A DNA stretch of 25,516 nt, taken from a virus (Duplodnaviria; Heunggongvirae; Uroviricota; Caudoviricetes). The position numbers were made by a program, and so were the translations under genes. This document shows, piece after piece, positions 7,428 to 15,921 of this stretch (the first letter of the stretch is position 1; every line of letters begins with the position of its first letter). The stretch spans positions 1 to 25,516 of IMG/VR virus record IMGVR_UViG_2695420503_000007, one strand, 5' to 3'. Under the pieces are notes generated by a model. The model searched no databases, was not told the origin of the DNA, and worked only from the letters and a program-made list of their open reading frames with translations.

Positions 7428-7803
7428 GCTGGTTATTGTTGCCTTCGTTGTTAGCGTCATTGGTTCCTTCATCTGGTCTGCTGGGCATTACTACAGCAAA
7501 TATCAGCACGAAAAGGAGCGTGCTGATGAGGCTGTACGAAATGCTGAATCAGCAACTGCCATTACCCGTAACGTTCTTCAATCACTGCAAATCATCAATA
7601 CAGTTATAGAGGCTAACCAGCATGCAAAACAGCAGATCGCACTGGAGTCACAGAGAACCCAGGAAGATATCAAAGTGGCTGTTGCGGATGATGATTGTGC
7701 TTCACGTCATGTGCCTGCTGCCGCTGCTGACCGGTTGCGGAAGTACGCGAACAGTTTACGTACCGATTCCGGCGGTACCGTTGCCAGCAAGCCTGACTAC
7801 TGA
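7411..7803 (+). CDS. Rz: i-spanin (Rz-type)
   Basis: 130-aa ORF overlapping the endolysin 3' end, with an N-terminal TM helix (LVIVAFVVSVIGSFIW) followed by a charged, coiled-coil-like region. It contains the start of an out-of-frame lipoprotein gene. Confidence 0.75.
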   Translation: MKLRYKLVIVAFVVSVIGSFIWSAGHYYSKYQHEKERADEAVRNAESATAITRNVLQSLQIINTVIEANQHAKQQIALESQRTQEDIKVAVADDDCASRHVPAAAADRLRKYANSLRTDSGGTVASKPDY

Positions 7804-7960
7804 AACTCCCCAGCCAGTCATTCCCGAGCCGCTGACCTATGGGGCCAGTCTGGATCTGAATGTGAGCCTGCTTTCGGCGTTGGGACAATGCAATATTGAC
7901 AAAGCGGGGATTCGAAGTATCGATATGCGCCGTAACGCTTTGCTGGCAGCAGGCAAATAG
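7688..7960 (+). CDS. Rz1: o-spanin lipoprotein (Rz1-type), overlapped architecture
   Basis: In the +1 frame relative to Rz: MMIVLHVMCLLPLLTGCGS with lipobox LLTGC, then a Pro-rich mature region. It starts inside Rz and extends about 157 bp past the Rz stop. Confidence 0.65.
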   Translation: MMIVLHVMCLLPLLTGCGSTRTVYVPIPAVPLPASLTTETPQPVIPEPLTYGASLDLNVSLLSALGQCNIDKAGIRSIDMRRNALLAAGK

Positions 7961-7986
7961 TCCGGACAAAGAACAGGAATATATTT

Positions 7987-8337
7987 ATGCCCCCTCGAAC
8001 TCCAAAATCCTGCCGCGTTCGCGGCTGCCGTAATACCACGACAGACCCGTCAGGCTACTGCGAAAGCCACAAAAGCGAAGGCTGGAAGCAATACAAGTCA
8101 GGACAATCCCGTCATCAGCGCGGTTATGGTTCTAAGTGGGACGCTATCCGCGCGCGTGTGCTGCAACGTGACAAAGGCCTGTGTCAGTTATGTCTGCGTG
8201 CTGGTGTGGCGCGTGAAGCGAAAACCGTTGACCACATCATCCCTAAAGCACATGGCGGCACTGATGCCGACAGTAATCTGCAGAGTCTGTGCTGGCCGTG
8301 TCATAAGGCGAAGACGGCCCGTGAACGGCTTAAGTGA
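7987..8337 (+). CDS. HNH endonuclease (terminase-associated)
   Basis: 116 aa with Cys pairs CRVRGC...C and CQLC...CWPCH and the HNH core DHIIPKAHGGTDADSNLQSLCWPCH, immediately upstream of the terminase genes. Confidence 0.85.
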   Translation: MPPRTPKSCRVRGCRNTTTDPSGYCESHKSEGWKQYKSGQSRHQRGYGSKWDAIRARVLQRDKGLCQLCLRAGVAREAKTVDHIIPKAHGGTDADSNLQSLCWPCHKAKTARERLK

Positions 8338-8453
8338 TAATAACTCTCAACTGTCTGAGGGGAGGGGCGGGTCAAATCTCTGTGACCTGACGTCTTCCGG
8401 ACTGCCCGCCCCATCGTTTTTTTATACCCGCGAAAAATGAAATTTAACCAGGA

Positions 8454-8957
8454 GTGCCGCATATGGCTGGAACGGCGGGGCGTTCCGGGCGTCGCCCCAA
8501 GCCAACGGCGCGCAAGGCGCTGGCCGGAAACCCCGGCAAGCGAGCCCTGAATAAAGATGAACCTGTTTTTACGCCCATCAAAGGTGTTGAGCCACCGGAG
8601 TGGTTCGCTGAAGAAGATCTCCCTCTCGCCACGATCATGTGGCAACTGACAACCAAAGAACTCTGCGGTCAGGGCCTGCTGTGCGTGACTGACCTCGCGG
8701 TGCTTGAGCGGTGGTGCGTGGCCTATGAGTTCTGGCGACGTGCCGTGAAAAATATTGCCAGCCAGGGCAACACCATTACCGGTGCAATGGGCGGTATGGT
8801 CAAAAACCCGGAGCTGACCGCCAAGAAAGAACAGGAGTCCGAGATGAGCAGCACGGGGGCAATGCTCGGACTCGACCCCAGCAGCCGCCAGCGTCTGATT
8901 GGCCTGGCGGGGCAGAAGAAAGCCACTAACCCGTTTCTGAAAATCATCGAGTCATGA
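8454..8957 (+). CDS. terminase small subunit
   Basis: 167-aa ORF with a basic N-terminus ([14 protein letters not shown]), translationally coupled to the large terminase (ATGA overlap at 8954-8957); RBS AGGAG. Confidence 0.8.
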   Translation: MPHMAGTAGRSGRRPKPTARKALAGNPGKRALNKDEPVFTPIKGVEPPEWFAEEDLPLATIMWQLTTKELCGQGLLCVTDLAVLERWCVAYEFWRRAVKNIASQGNTITGAMGGMVKNPELTAKKEQESEMSSTGAMLGLDPSSRQRLIGLAGQKKATNPFLKIIES

Positions 8958-10687
8958 GCAGGAAATCTTACCCCAACGTAAATGCTGCCAATCAGTATGC
9001 CCGGGATGTCGTGCGCGGAAAGATTGTGGCCTGCCAGTTTGTGATTCAGGCCTGCCAGCGCCATCTTGATGACCTGATGGCGGAAAAAAGTAAGTCGTTT
9101 CGTTACCGCTTCGACAAGGACCTGGCTGAACGGGCCGCGAAATTTATTCAGCTGTTGCCGCACACCAAGGGTGAGTGGGCATTCAAACGGATGCCCATCA
9201 CGCTGGAGCCGTGGCAGCTATTTGTGATCTGCTGTGCGTTTGGCTGGGTCAATAAAGGCACCCGGTTGCGCCGCTTCCGGGAGGTGTATACCGAAATCCC
9301 CCGTAAGAACGGCAAATCAGCAATCTCTGCTGGTGTTGCCCTGTATTGTTTTGCCTGTGATAACGAGTTTGGCGCGGAAGTGTATTCCGGTGCCACGACA
9401 GAGAAACAGGCGTGGGAAGTCTTTCGCCCGGCGCGACTGATGTGTAAACGCACACCCATGCTGACGGAAGCGTTCGGGATTGAGGTTAACGCTTCAAACA
9501 TGAACCGTCCGGAGGATGGCGCGCGGTTTGAACCGCTGATCGGTAACCCCGGTGATGGTTCATCACCCCACTGTGCCGTGGTTGATGAATATCACGAGCA
9601 TGCCACCGATGCGCTTTATACCACAATGCTTACCGGGATGGGGGCGCGACGTCAGCCACTGATGTGGGCCATCACCACCGCCGGGTACAACATTGAGGGG
9701 CCGTGCTACGACAAGCGGCGGGAAGTCATCGAGATGCTCAACGGCTCGGTGCCTAACGATGAACTGTTCGGGATCATCTATACCGTTGATGAAGGTGACG
9801 ACTGGACCGACCCGCAGGTGCTGGAAAAAGCCAATCCAAATATTGGCGTGTCGGTTTATCGCGAATTTTTGTTAAGTCAGCAGCAGCGTGCGAAAAATAA
9901 CGCCCGTCTGGCAAACGTCTTTAAAACAAAACACCTCAATATCTGGGTGTCGGCGCGTTCGGCGTATTTCAACCTGGTGAGCTGGCAGAGCTGCGAGGAT
10001 AAATCACTGACCCTTGAGCAGTTCGAGGGGCAGCCGTGCATTCTGGCCTTTGACCTGGCGCGTAAGCTGGATATGAACAGCATGGCGCGACTTTATACCC
10101 GCGAGATTGACGGTAAAACGCATTACTACAGTGTGGCCCCGCGCTTCTGGGTACCGTATGACACGGTGTACAGCGTCGAGAAAAATGAAGATAGACGGAC
10201 AGCCGAACGCTTTCAGAAATGGGTGGAAATGGGCGTCCTGACCGTTACCGATGGTGCAGAGGTGGATTATCGCTACATCCTCGAGGAGGCCAAAGCGGCG
10301 AACAAAATCAGCCCGGTCAGTGAGTCACCCATCGACCCCTTCGGGGCGACCGGGCTGTCGCATGACCTTGCTGATGAAGATCTGAATCCCGTCACTATCG
10401 TCCAGAACTTCGCCAATATGTCCGATCCGATGAAAGAGCTGGAAGCAGCGATTGAATCGGGACGCTTTCATCATGACGGCAATCCCATCATGACCTGGTG
10501 TATCGGCAATGTGGTCGGCAAAAACATGCCAGGTAACGATGATTTAGTGAAGCCCGTCAAGGAGCAGACGGAAAACAAAATCGATGGTGCGGTTGCACTG
10601 ATTATGACGATCGGTCGGGCAATGCTCAAAGAACCTGACGATTTCCTCTCATCTCTTGATCCGGACGATGATCTCTTAATTCTATGA
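8954..10687 (+). CDS. terminase large subunit
   Basis: 577-aa ORF. Its position and size, and the downstream portal, protease and capsid genes, fit the HK97-type head module. Confidence 0.9.
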   Translation: MSRKSYPNVNAANQYARDVVRGKIVACQFVIQACQRHLDDLMAEKSKSFRYRFDKDLAERAAKFIQLLPHTKGEWAFKRMPITLEPWQLFVICCAFGWVNKGTRLRRFREVYTEIPRKNGKSAISAGVALYCFACDNEFGAEVYSGATTEKQAWEVFRPARLMCKRTPMLTEAFGIEVNASNMNRPEDGARFEPLIGNPGDGSSPHCAVVDEYHEHATDALYTTMLTGMGARRQPLMWAITTAGYNIEGPCYDKRREVIEMLNGSVPNDELFGIIYTVDEGDDWTDPQVLEKANPNIGVSVYREFLLSQQQRAKNNARLANVFKTKHLNIWVSARSAYFNLVSWQSCEDKSLTLEQFEGQPCILAFDLARKLDMNSMARLYTREIDGKTHYYSVAPRFWVPYDTVYSVEKNEDRRTAERFQKWVEMGVLTVTDGAEVDYRYILEEAKAANKISPVSESPIDPFGATGLSHDLADEDLNPVTIVQNFANMSDPMKELEAAIESGRFHHDGNPIMTWCIGNVVGKNMPGNDDLVKPVKEQTENKIDGAVALIMTIGRAMLKEPDDFLSSLDPDDDLLIL

Positions 10688-10845
10688 AATCACTAATTGC
10701 TGATGTTATCGGGCTGGCTGGTTTTGGCCTGCTTACGTGCGGGGTTTACCTGCAGTTTGGTATGGCTCCGGCTCTGATTTTGTCCGGTGCTTTACTGCTG
10801 GTGGGCGCACTGGCTATGGCCAGAAGGGGGACGCGTGCTGCTTGA
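10684..10845 (+). CDS. small hydrophobic protein (53 aa, two predicted TM segments); not in the ORF track because it is under 60 aa
   Basis: ATG overlaps the terminase stop (ATGA). Translation [53 protein letters not shown]. It fills the terminase-portal gap and ends a few bp into the likely portal start. Confidence 0.35.
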   Translation: MKSLIADVIGLAGFGLLTCGVYLQFGMAPALILSGALLLVGALAMARRGTRAA

Positions 10846-12061
10846 TGCTCTGTTCAGAAGTAAATCACTGGAGAATCCTTCCACCCCGATAACCGGGGAT
10901 GCCGTTGATACTGATGGGCTGTTCCGGGCAGACGTTTATGTCAGTCCTGAGACTGCGATGAAACTGGCTGCGGTGTATTCCTGTATCTATGTCCTGTCTT
11001 CCAGCCTTGCCCAGATGCCGTTGCATGTTATGCGCAGGCACAAGGGGAAGGTTGAACCCGCACGCGATCATCCTGCGTTTTATCTGGTTCATGATGAGCC
11101 CAATACCTGGCAAACCAGCTACAAATGGCGCGAACTGAAGCAACGTCACATCCTTGGCTGGGGGAATGGGTATACCTGGGTGAAACGTAATCGTCGCGGT
11201 GAAGTCATATCCCTGGATTGCTGTATGCCGTGGGAAACGACGCTGATGAATACTGGTGGCCGATATACCTACGGTTTGTACAACGAATATGGGGCGTTTG
11301 CGATCAGTCCGGACGATATGATCCACATCCGTGCGCTGGGTAATAATCAGAAGATGGGGCTGAGTCCGATTATGCAACATGCCGAAACAATAGGCATGGG
11401 GATGAGCGGTCAGAAGTACACAGAAAGCTTCTTCAGCGGTAATGCCCGTCCGGCGGGGATAGTATCCGTTAAAAGCGGACTCAATAAGGAAAGCTGGGGC
11501 TGGCTTAAAGATCAGTGGCAGAAGGCATCGCAGGCGTTACGCCGCCAGGAAAACAAAACCATGCTGCTGCCAGCCGATCTGGATTACAAGGCACTGACTG
11601 TGTCGCCAGTTGACGCTCAGATCATTGACATGATGAAGCTGAACCGTTCAATGATCGCCGGTATTTTCAATATTCCTGCGCACATGATTAATGACCTCGA
11701 AAAAGCCACCTTCTCCAATATTTCTGCGCAGGCGATTCAGTTTGTCCGCTACACGATGATGCCGTGGGTGACGAACTGGGAGCAGGAGCTTAACCGTCGC
11801 TTGTTTACCCGCGCTGAGTTAGCCGCCGGGTATTACGTCAGGTTCAATCTGACGGGGCTTTTACGCGGAACTCCGCAGGAGCGCGCGCAATTCTATCACT
11901 TCGCTATTACCGATGGATGGATGAGCCGTAATGAGGCCCGCGCATTCGAGGATATGAATCCGGTTGAAGGGCTGGATGAGATGCTGGTAAGCGTGAACGC
12001 TGCTAACCCGGCAGGAGATTTTAAGCCCCCAAAAAACGATGAGGGAAAAACCAATGAATGA
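10787..12061 (+). CDS. portal protein (HK97 family)
   Basis: 424-aa track ORF. The real start is probably the in-frame GTG near 10835 (AAGGGGG RBS; product would begin [10 protein letters not shown]...); the 10787 ATG has no RBS and overlaps the small ORF. Confidence 0.85.
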   Translation: MLYCWWAHWLWPEGGRVLLDALFRSKSLENPSTPITGDAVDTDGLFRADVYVSPETAMKLAAVYSCIYVLSSSLAQMPLHVMRRHKGKVEPARDHPAFYLVHDEPNTWQTSYKWRELKQRHILGWGNGYTWVKRNRRGEVISLDCCMPWETTLMNTGGRYTYGLYNEYGAFAISPDDMIHIRALGNNQKMGLSPIMQHAETIGMGMSGQKYTESFFSGNARPAGIVSVKSGLNKESWGWLKDQWQKASQALRRQENKTMLLPADLDYKALTVSPVDAQIIDMMKLNRSMIAGIFNIPAHMINDLEKATFSNISAQAIQFVRYTMMPWVTNWEQELNRRLFTRAELAAGYYVRFNLTGLLRGTPQERAQFYHFAITDGWMSRNEARAFEDMNPVEGLDEMLVSVNAANPAGDFKPPKNDEGKTNE

Positions 12062-12656
12062 CCGTGAAATCCGTTGTTACAGCGGTGAGGTGCGTGCTGA
12101 GAGGCATGACGATAACCCGGCGCACATTATCGGTTATGGATCGGTGTTTGACTGTCGTTCTGAGCTGATATTCGGTTCATTCCGCGAAATCATCCGGCCC
12201 GGCGCTTTTGACGATGTGCTTGGTGATGATGTACGCGCACTGTTTAACCACGATCCTAATTTTATTCTTGGGCGTAGTGCAGCAGGCACGCTGAATCTTT
12301 CAGTTGATGAGCGCGGATTACGCTATGACATCCAGGCTCCGGAGACACAGACCATTCGTGATCTGGTGCTGGCCCCGATGCAACGTGGAGATATTAACCA
12401 GTCATCTTTCGCTTTCCGTGTCGCCCGTGACGGTGAGGAGTGGTATCAGGATGAGGATGGGGTTGTTATTCGCGAGATAACCCGCTTTTCCCGTCTGCTG
12501 GATGTCAGTCCTGTGACATATCCTGCCTATCAGGAGGCTGACTCGGCTGTTCGCTCCATGAAAGCATGGCAGGAGGCGCGCAACAGCGGCGCGCTACAGA
12601 AAGCCATTAATCAACGTATGGCGCGTGAACGCGTCCTGACCCTTCTTAACGCGTAA
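12039..12656 (+). CDS. prohead maturation protease (HK97 gp4-like)
   Basis: 205-aa ORF between the portal and capsid genes, overlapping the portal 3' end. Confidence 0.85.
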   Translation: MREKPMNDREIRCYSGEVRAERHDDNPAHIIGYGSVFDCRSELIFGSFREIIRPGAFDDVLGDDVRALFNHDPNFILGRSAAGTLNLSVDERGLRYDIQAPETQTIRDLVLAPMQRGDINQSSFAFRVARDGEEWYQDEDGVVIREITRFSRLLDVSPVTYPAYQEADSAVRSMKAWQEARNSGALQKAINQRMARERVLTLLNA

Positions 12657-12666
12657 AGGAAACATC

Positions 12667-13896
12667 ATGAAACTGCATGAACTGAAACAGAAACGTAATA
12701 CTATCGCAACTGACATGCGCGCCCTGAATGAAAAAATTGGTGATAACGCATGGACGGAAGAGCAGCGCACTGAGTGGAACAAAGCAAAATCCGAACTGGA
12801 AGCGCTTGATGAACGAATTGCACGCGAAGAAGAACTGCGTCGTCAGGATCAGGCGTACATTGAAAGCAATGAGGAAGAGCAGCGTCAGAATCTTGATCCG
12901 GAAAACAATCCACAACAGGATGAGAAACGAGCTCAGGTTTTTGATAAGTGGATGCGTCACGGTGCCAGTGAGCTGACATCAGAAGAACGAAAGGCGTTGC
13001 GTGAACTTCGTGCCCAGGGTGTAGCTCAGGATGAAAAGGGCGGATATACCGTACCAGAAACATTCCTGGCGAAAGTTGTTGAGAAGATGAAATCCTACGG
13101 TGGCATCGCCAGTGTGGCGCAGATTCTGACCACTTCAGATGGTCGCACTATGGAGTGGGCAACAGCTGATGGTACTTCCGAAGTTGGTGTTCTGCTGGGC
13201 GAAAATGAAGAAGCCGGTGAAGAAGACACCGATTTCGGTATGGGGAGCCTTGGGGCGCTCAAAATGACATCGAAAATCATTCGTGTGTCTAATGAGTTGC
13301 TGCAGGACAGCGCGATCGATATGGAAGCTTATCTTGCCCGTCGCATTGCTGAACGTATTGGTCGTGGTGAAGCCCGTTATCTGATTCAGGGGACTGGTGC
13401 GGGTACGCCTAAACAACCCAAAGGGCTGGCAGCATCAGTGACCGGCACAACACAGACTGCCGCGGCAAATGCGGTGAAGTGGCAGGAAATTCTGGCTCTG
13501 AAACACAGCATTGATCCTGCATATCGTCGCGGACCGAAATTCCGCCTGGCGTTTAACGATAATACGCTGAAACTGATCAGTGAGATGGAAGACGGTCAGG
13601 GACGCCCTTTATGGTTGCCGGATATTGTTGGTGTGGCACCTGCTTCAGTGTTGAATGTACCGTATGTCATTGATCAGGAAATTGATGATATCGGGGCGGG
13701 TAAAAAATTCATGTTCTGTGGTGACTTTGATCGCTTCATTATCCGTCGTGTGCGATACATGATTCTTAAACGTCTGGTTGAGCGTTACGCGGAATATGAT
13801 CAGACCGGTTTTCTGGCCTTCCATCGTTTTGACTGTATCCTGGAAGACACCTCTGCCATTAAAGCGCTGGTGGGGAAAGGTAGCGTTGGTGGTTGA
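12667..13896 (+). CDS. major capsid protein (HK97 fold) with N-terminal scaffolding-like domain
   Basis: 409 aa. The N-terminal ~100 aa are highly charged and coiled-coil (ELEALDERIAREEELRRQDQ), then a capsid body. It follows the protease, with RBS AGGAAA. Confidence 0.9.
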   Translation: MKLHELKQKRNTIATDMRALNEKIGDNAWTEEQRTEWNKAKSELEALDERIAREEELRRQDQAYIESNEEEQRQNLDPENNPQQDEKRAQVFDKWMRHGASELTSEERKALRELRAQGVAQDEKGGYTVPETFLAKVVEKMKSYGGIASVAQILTTSDGRTMEWATADGTSEVGVLLGENEEAGEEDTDFGMGSLGALKMTSKIIRVSNELLQDSAIDMEAYLARRIAERIGRGEARYLIQGTGAGTPKQPKGLAASVTGTTQTAAANAVKWQEILALKHSIDPAYRRGPKFRLAFNDNTLKLISEMEDGQGRPLWLPDIVGVAPASVLNVPYVIDQEIDDIGAGKKFMFCGDFDRFIIRRVRYMILKRLVERYAEYDQTGFLAFHRFDCILEDTSAIKALVGKGSVGG

Positions 13897-13920
13897 TTAG
13901 TCTTTTACGTAATACAGCAC

Positions 13921-13963
13921 GCCGCGTAATGCGGTTTTTTTGTGCCCGCGTTCTGGCGGGCAC
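13921..13963 (+). terminator. tandem hairpins downstream of the capsid gene (candidate partial terminator)
   Basis: GCCGC-gtaat-GCGG followed by T7, then a perfect 8-bp stem GTGCCCGC-gttctg-GCGGGCAC immediately before AGGAGG and the ATG of the next gene. Confidence 0.45.
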
Positions 13964-13973
13964 AGGAGGTTTT

Positions 13974-14297
13974 ATGCTGTTAAAAATGGAAGAGATTAAG
14001 CTTCAGCTCCGTCTGGATGATGATTTCTCTGATGAAGATGAGTTGCTTGAACTGCTTGGTAAGGCCGCTCAGAGTCGAACGGAAAACTTCCTTAACCGTA
14101 CGTTGTATGCAACCGCAGATGACAGGCCTGCGGATGATCCTGATGGGCTTGTGATATCTGATGATGTGAAGCTGGCGCTTCTGCTACTTGTCAGCCATTT
14201 CTACGAAAACCGCTCAACGGTTACAGACGTTGAGAAAATGGAGTTGCCAATGAGTTTTAACTGGTTGGTTGCTCCTTATCGCCTTATACCACTATGA
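13974..14297 (+). CDS. head-tail connector protein (gp6-like)
   Basis: The track ORF begins at 13893, but that would translate through the hairpins. An AGGAGG RBS 4 nt upstream of the in-frame ATG at 13974 gives MLLKMEEIKLQLRLDDDFSDEDE..., about 108 aa, acidic, typical for this family. Confidence 0.7.
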   Translation: MLLKMEEIKLQLRLDDDFSDEDELLELLGKAAQSRTENFLNRTLYATADDRPADDPDGLVISDDVKLALLLLVSHFYENRSTVTDVEKMELPMSFNWLVAPYRLIPL

Positions 14298-14704
14298 AAA
14301 TTCGTCAGGCGCAGACCAGCGCAACCTACATTCTGCCGGACCCCGGCGAACTGAATAAACGCGTCCTGATCCGCCAGCGGGTGGATATGCCCGCGGATAA
14401 CTTTGGCGTGGAGCCTCAATACCCGGTTGCGTTCCGGGCATGGGCGAAGGTTATCCAGACCAGTGCCACCACCTGGCAGGAAACCGCGCAGACCGGGGAC
14501 GCCATCACCCATTACATCACCATTCGCTACCGCCGGGGGATCACCGCTGATTATGAGGTGGTCTGCGGTGACAGTGTGTACCGGGTGAAACGTCAGCGCG
14601 ATCTGAACGGGGCGCGGCGCTTTCTGCTGCTGGAGTGTACGGAACTGGGCGAATTTACGCAGAGTCACGGAGGCAGCAATGGCGACTTCCTTTTTGCACG
14701 TTGA
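14294..14704 (+). CDS. head closure / head-tail adaptor protein
   Basis: 136-aa ORF translationally coupled to the connector gene, in the conserved head-completion position. Confidence 0.6.
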   Translation: MKIRQAQTSATYILPDPGELNKRVLIRQRVDMPADNFGVEPQYPVAFRAWAKVIQTSATTWQETAQTGDAITHYITIRYRRGITADYEVVCGDSVYRVKRQRDLNGARRFLLLECTELGEFTQSHGGSNGDFLFAR

Positions 14705-15185
14705 TTTTCAGCAGCCCGCGGAGATGCGCTTTAACCGCGCCCGTGTCCGGCGGGCGTTTGTCACGATTGGTCAGCGTCATATGCGTGATGCCCGTCGGCT
14801 GGTGATGCGCCGTGCGCGGTCGGCACCGGGTGAAAACCCCGGTTATCAGACCGGACGCCTGGCACGTTCGATTGGTTATATGGTACCCAGAGCCAGTAAA
14901 CATCGCCCCGGTTTTATGGCACGTATAGCCCCTAACCAGCGTAATGGTGAGGGAAACCGCCGCATCACCGGTGATTTTTATCCGGCTTTTTTGTTCTATG
15001 GCGTGAGGCGAGGGGCAAAGCGTCGTCGCAGCCATCATCGTGGTGCATCCGGTGGCAGCGGCTGGCGGCTGGCTCCACGTAATAACTTTATGGTGGAAAC
15101 GCTTGAAAAGAACCGCAGCTGGACACGCTATTTTCTGGCGCGGGAATTACGTAAATCACTGAAGCCGGAGCGACGACACAGATGA
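14679..15185 (+). CDS. virion morphogenesis / neck protein (HK97 gp10-like)
   Basis: 168-aa very basic ORF overlapping its neighbours, in the head-tail joining block. Confidence 0.55.
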   Translation: MATSFLHVDFQQPAEMRFNRARVRRAFVTIGQRHMRDARRLVMRRARSAPGENPGYQTGRLARSIGYMVPRASKHRPGFMARIAPNQRNGEGNRRITGDFYPAFLFYGVRRGAKRRRSHHRGASGGSGWRLAPRNNFMVETLEKNRSWTRYFLARELRKSLKPERRHR

Positions 15186-15742
15186 AACTGACGCCTGTTA
15201 TTGCTGCGCTGCGTGCCCGCTGCCCGTATTTTGAAAACCGGGTGGCAGGCGCGGCACAGTTCAAAAATCTGCCGGAGGTCGGAAAGCTGAGACTCCCGGC
15301 GGCGTATGTGGTACCGGGGGATGATTCTCCGGGAGAAAACAAAAGCCAGACCGACTACTGGCAGGAGCTGAAAGAGGGCTTCTCCGTGGTTGTCATACTG
15401 AGTAACGGGCGTGATGAGCGCGGTCAGTTTGCCTCGTATGATGTGGTGGACGATGTCCGGCAGATGCTCTTTAAGGCTCTGCTGGGCTGGAATCCGGAGG
15501 CGTGCGGTAACCCGATTACCTATGACGGCGGCACGCTGCTGGATCTGAATCGTCATGAGCTGATTTATCAGTTCGATTTTTCGGTCATCAGCGAGCTGAC
15601 TGAAGACGATACCCGCCAGCAGGATGATCTGAACAGTCTGGATGAACTGCGAACGCTGGCGATTGATGTTGATTATCTCGAGCCCGGTAACGGGCCTGAC
15701 GGCGATATCGAACATCACACCGAAATAACCCTTCCTTCCTGA
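15182..15742 (+). CDS. tail completion / tail terminator-like protein
   Basis: 186-aa ORF coupled to the upstream gene (ATGA) and preceding the sheath gene. Assignment is by position only. Confidence 0.5.
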   Translation: MKLTPVIAALRARCPYFENRVAGAAQFKNLPEVGKLRLPAAYVVPGDDSPGENKSQTDYWQELKEGFSVVVILSNGRDERGQFASYDVVDDVRQMLFKALLGWNPEACGNPITYDGGTLLDLNRHELIYQFDFSVISELTEDDTRQQDDLNSLDELRTLAIDVDYLEPGNGPDGDIEHHTEITLPS

Positions 15743-15750
15743 GGATCCTC

Positions 15751-15921
15751 ATGTTTGTCAAACCTGTTAAAGGGCGGTCAGTTCCTGATCCTGCCCGCGG
15801 CGACCTTTTGCCCGCCGAAGGGCGAAATGTTGACGAGAACAACTACTGGCTGCGCCGTGAAGCAGCGGGTGATATCCGGCGCGTGAATAAAAAGGTGAAT
15901 ACCGATGACGATAAGCTTTAA
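15751..15921 (+). CDS. small conserved-position protein upstream of the sheath gene (56 aa)
   Basis: ATG 9 nt after the previous stop; translation MFVKPVKGRSVPDPARGDLLPAEGRNVDENNYWLRREAAGDIRRVNKKVNTDDDKL; overlaps the sheath start. Mu-like tail modules carry a small gene here. Confidence 0.4.
   Translation: MFVKPVKGRSVPDPARGDLLPAEGRNVDENNYWLRREAAGDIRRVNKKVNTDDDKL

Noticed and set aside
10865-11380. 171-aa ORF on the - strand inside the portal gene; similar antisense or out-of-frame ORFs occur inside the capsid, sheath, tape measure, terminase, gp43-like and other genes (for example 12646..12960, 15128..15718, 16373..16684, 18873..19280, 19166..19543, 20744..21214, 8723..9163)
   Set aside because: They are fully contained within strongly supported structural genes on the other strand or in another frame, have no RBS, and have odd composition (Arg/Pro/Cys-rich). 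They are typical shadow ORFs of GC-rich coding DNA.
13893-13973. Track ORF starts at 13893, 20022, 4940 and 10787 taken as true N-termini
   Set aside because: Each would translate through a hairpin or lacks an RBS; in-frame downstream starts with good SD sequences (13974, 20064, 4958, about 10835) are more plausible. The track coordinates were kept only for the portal, where the alternative start is a GTG.
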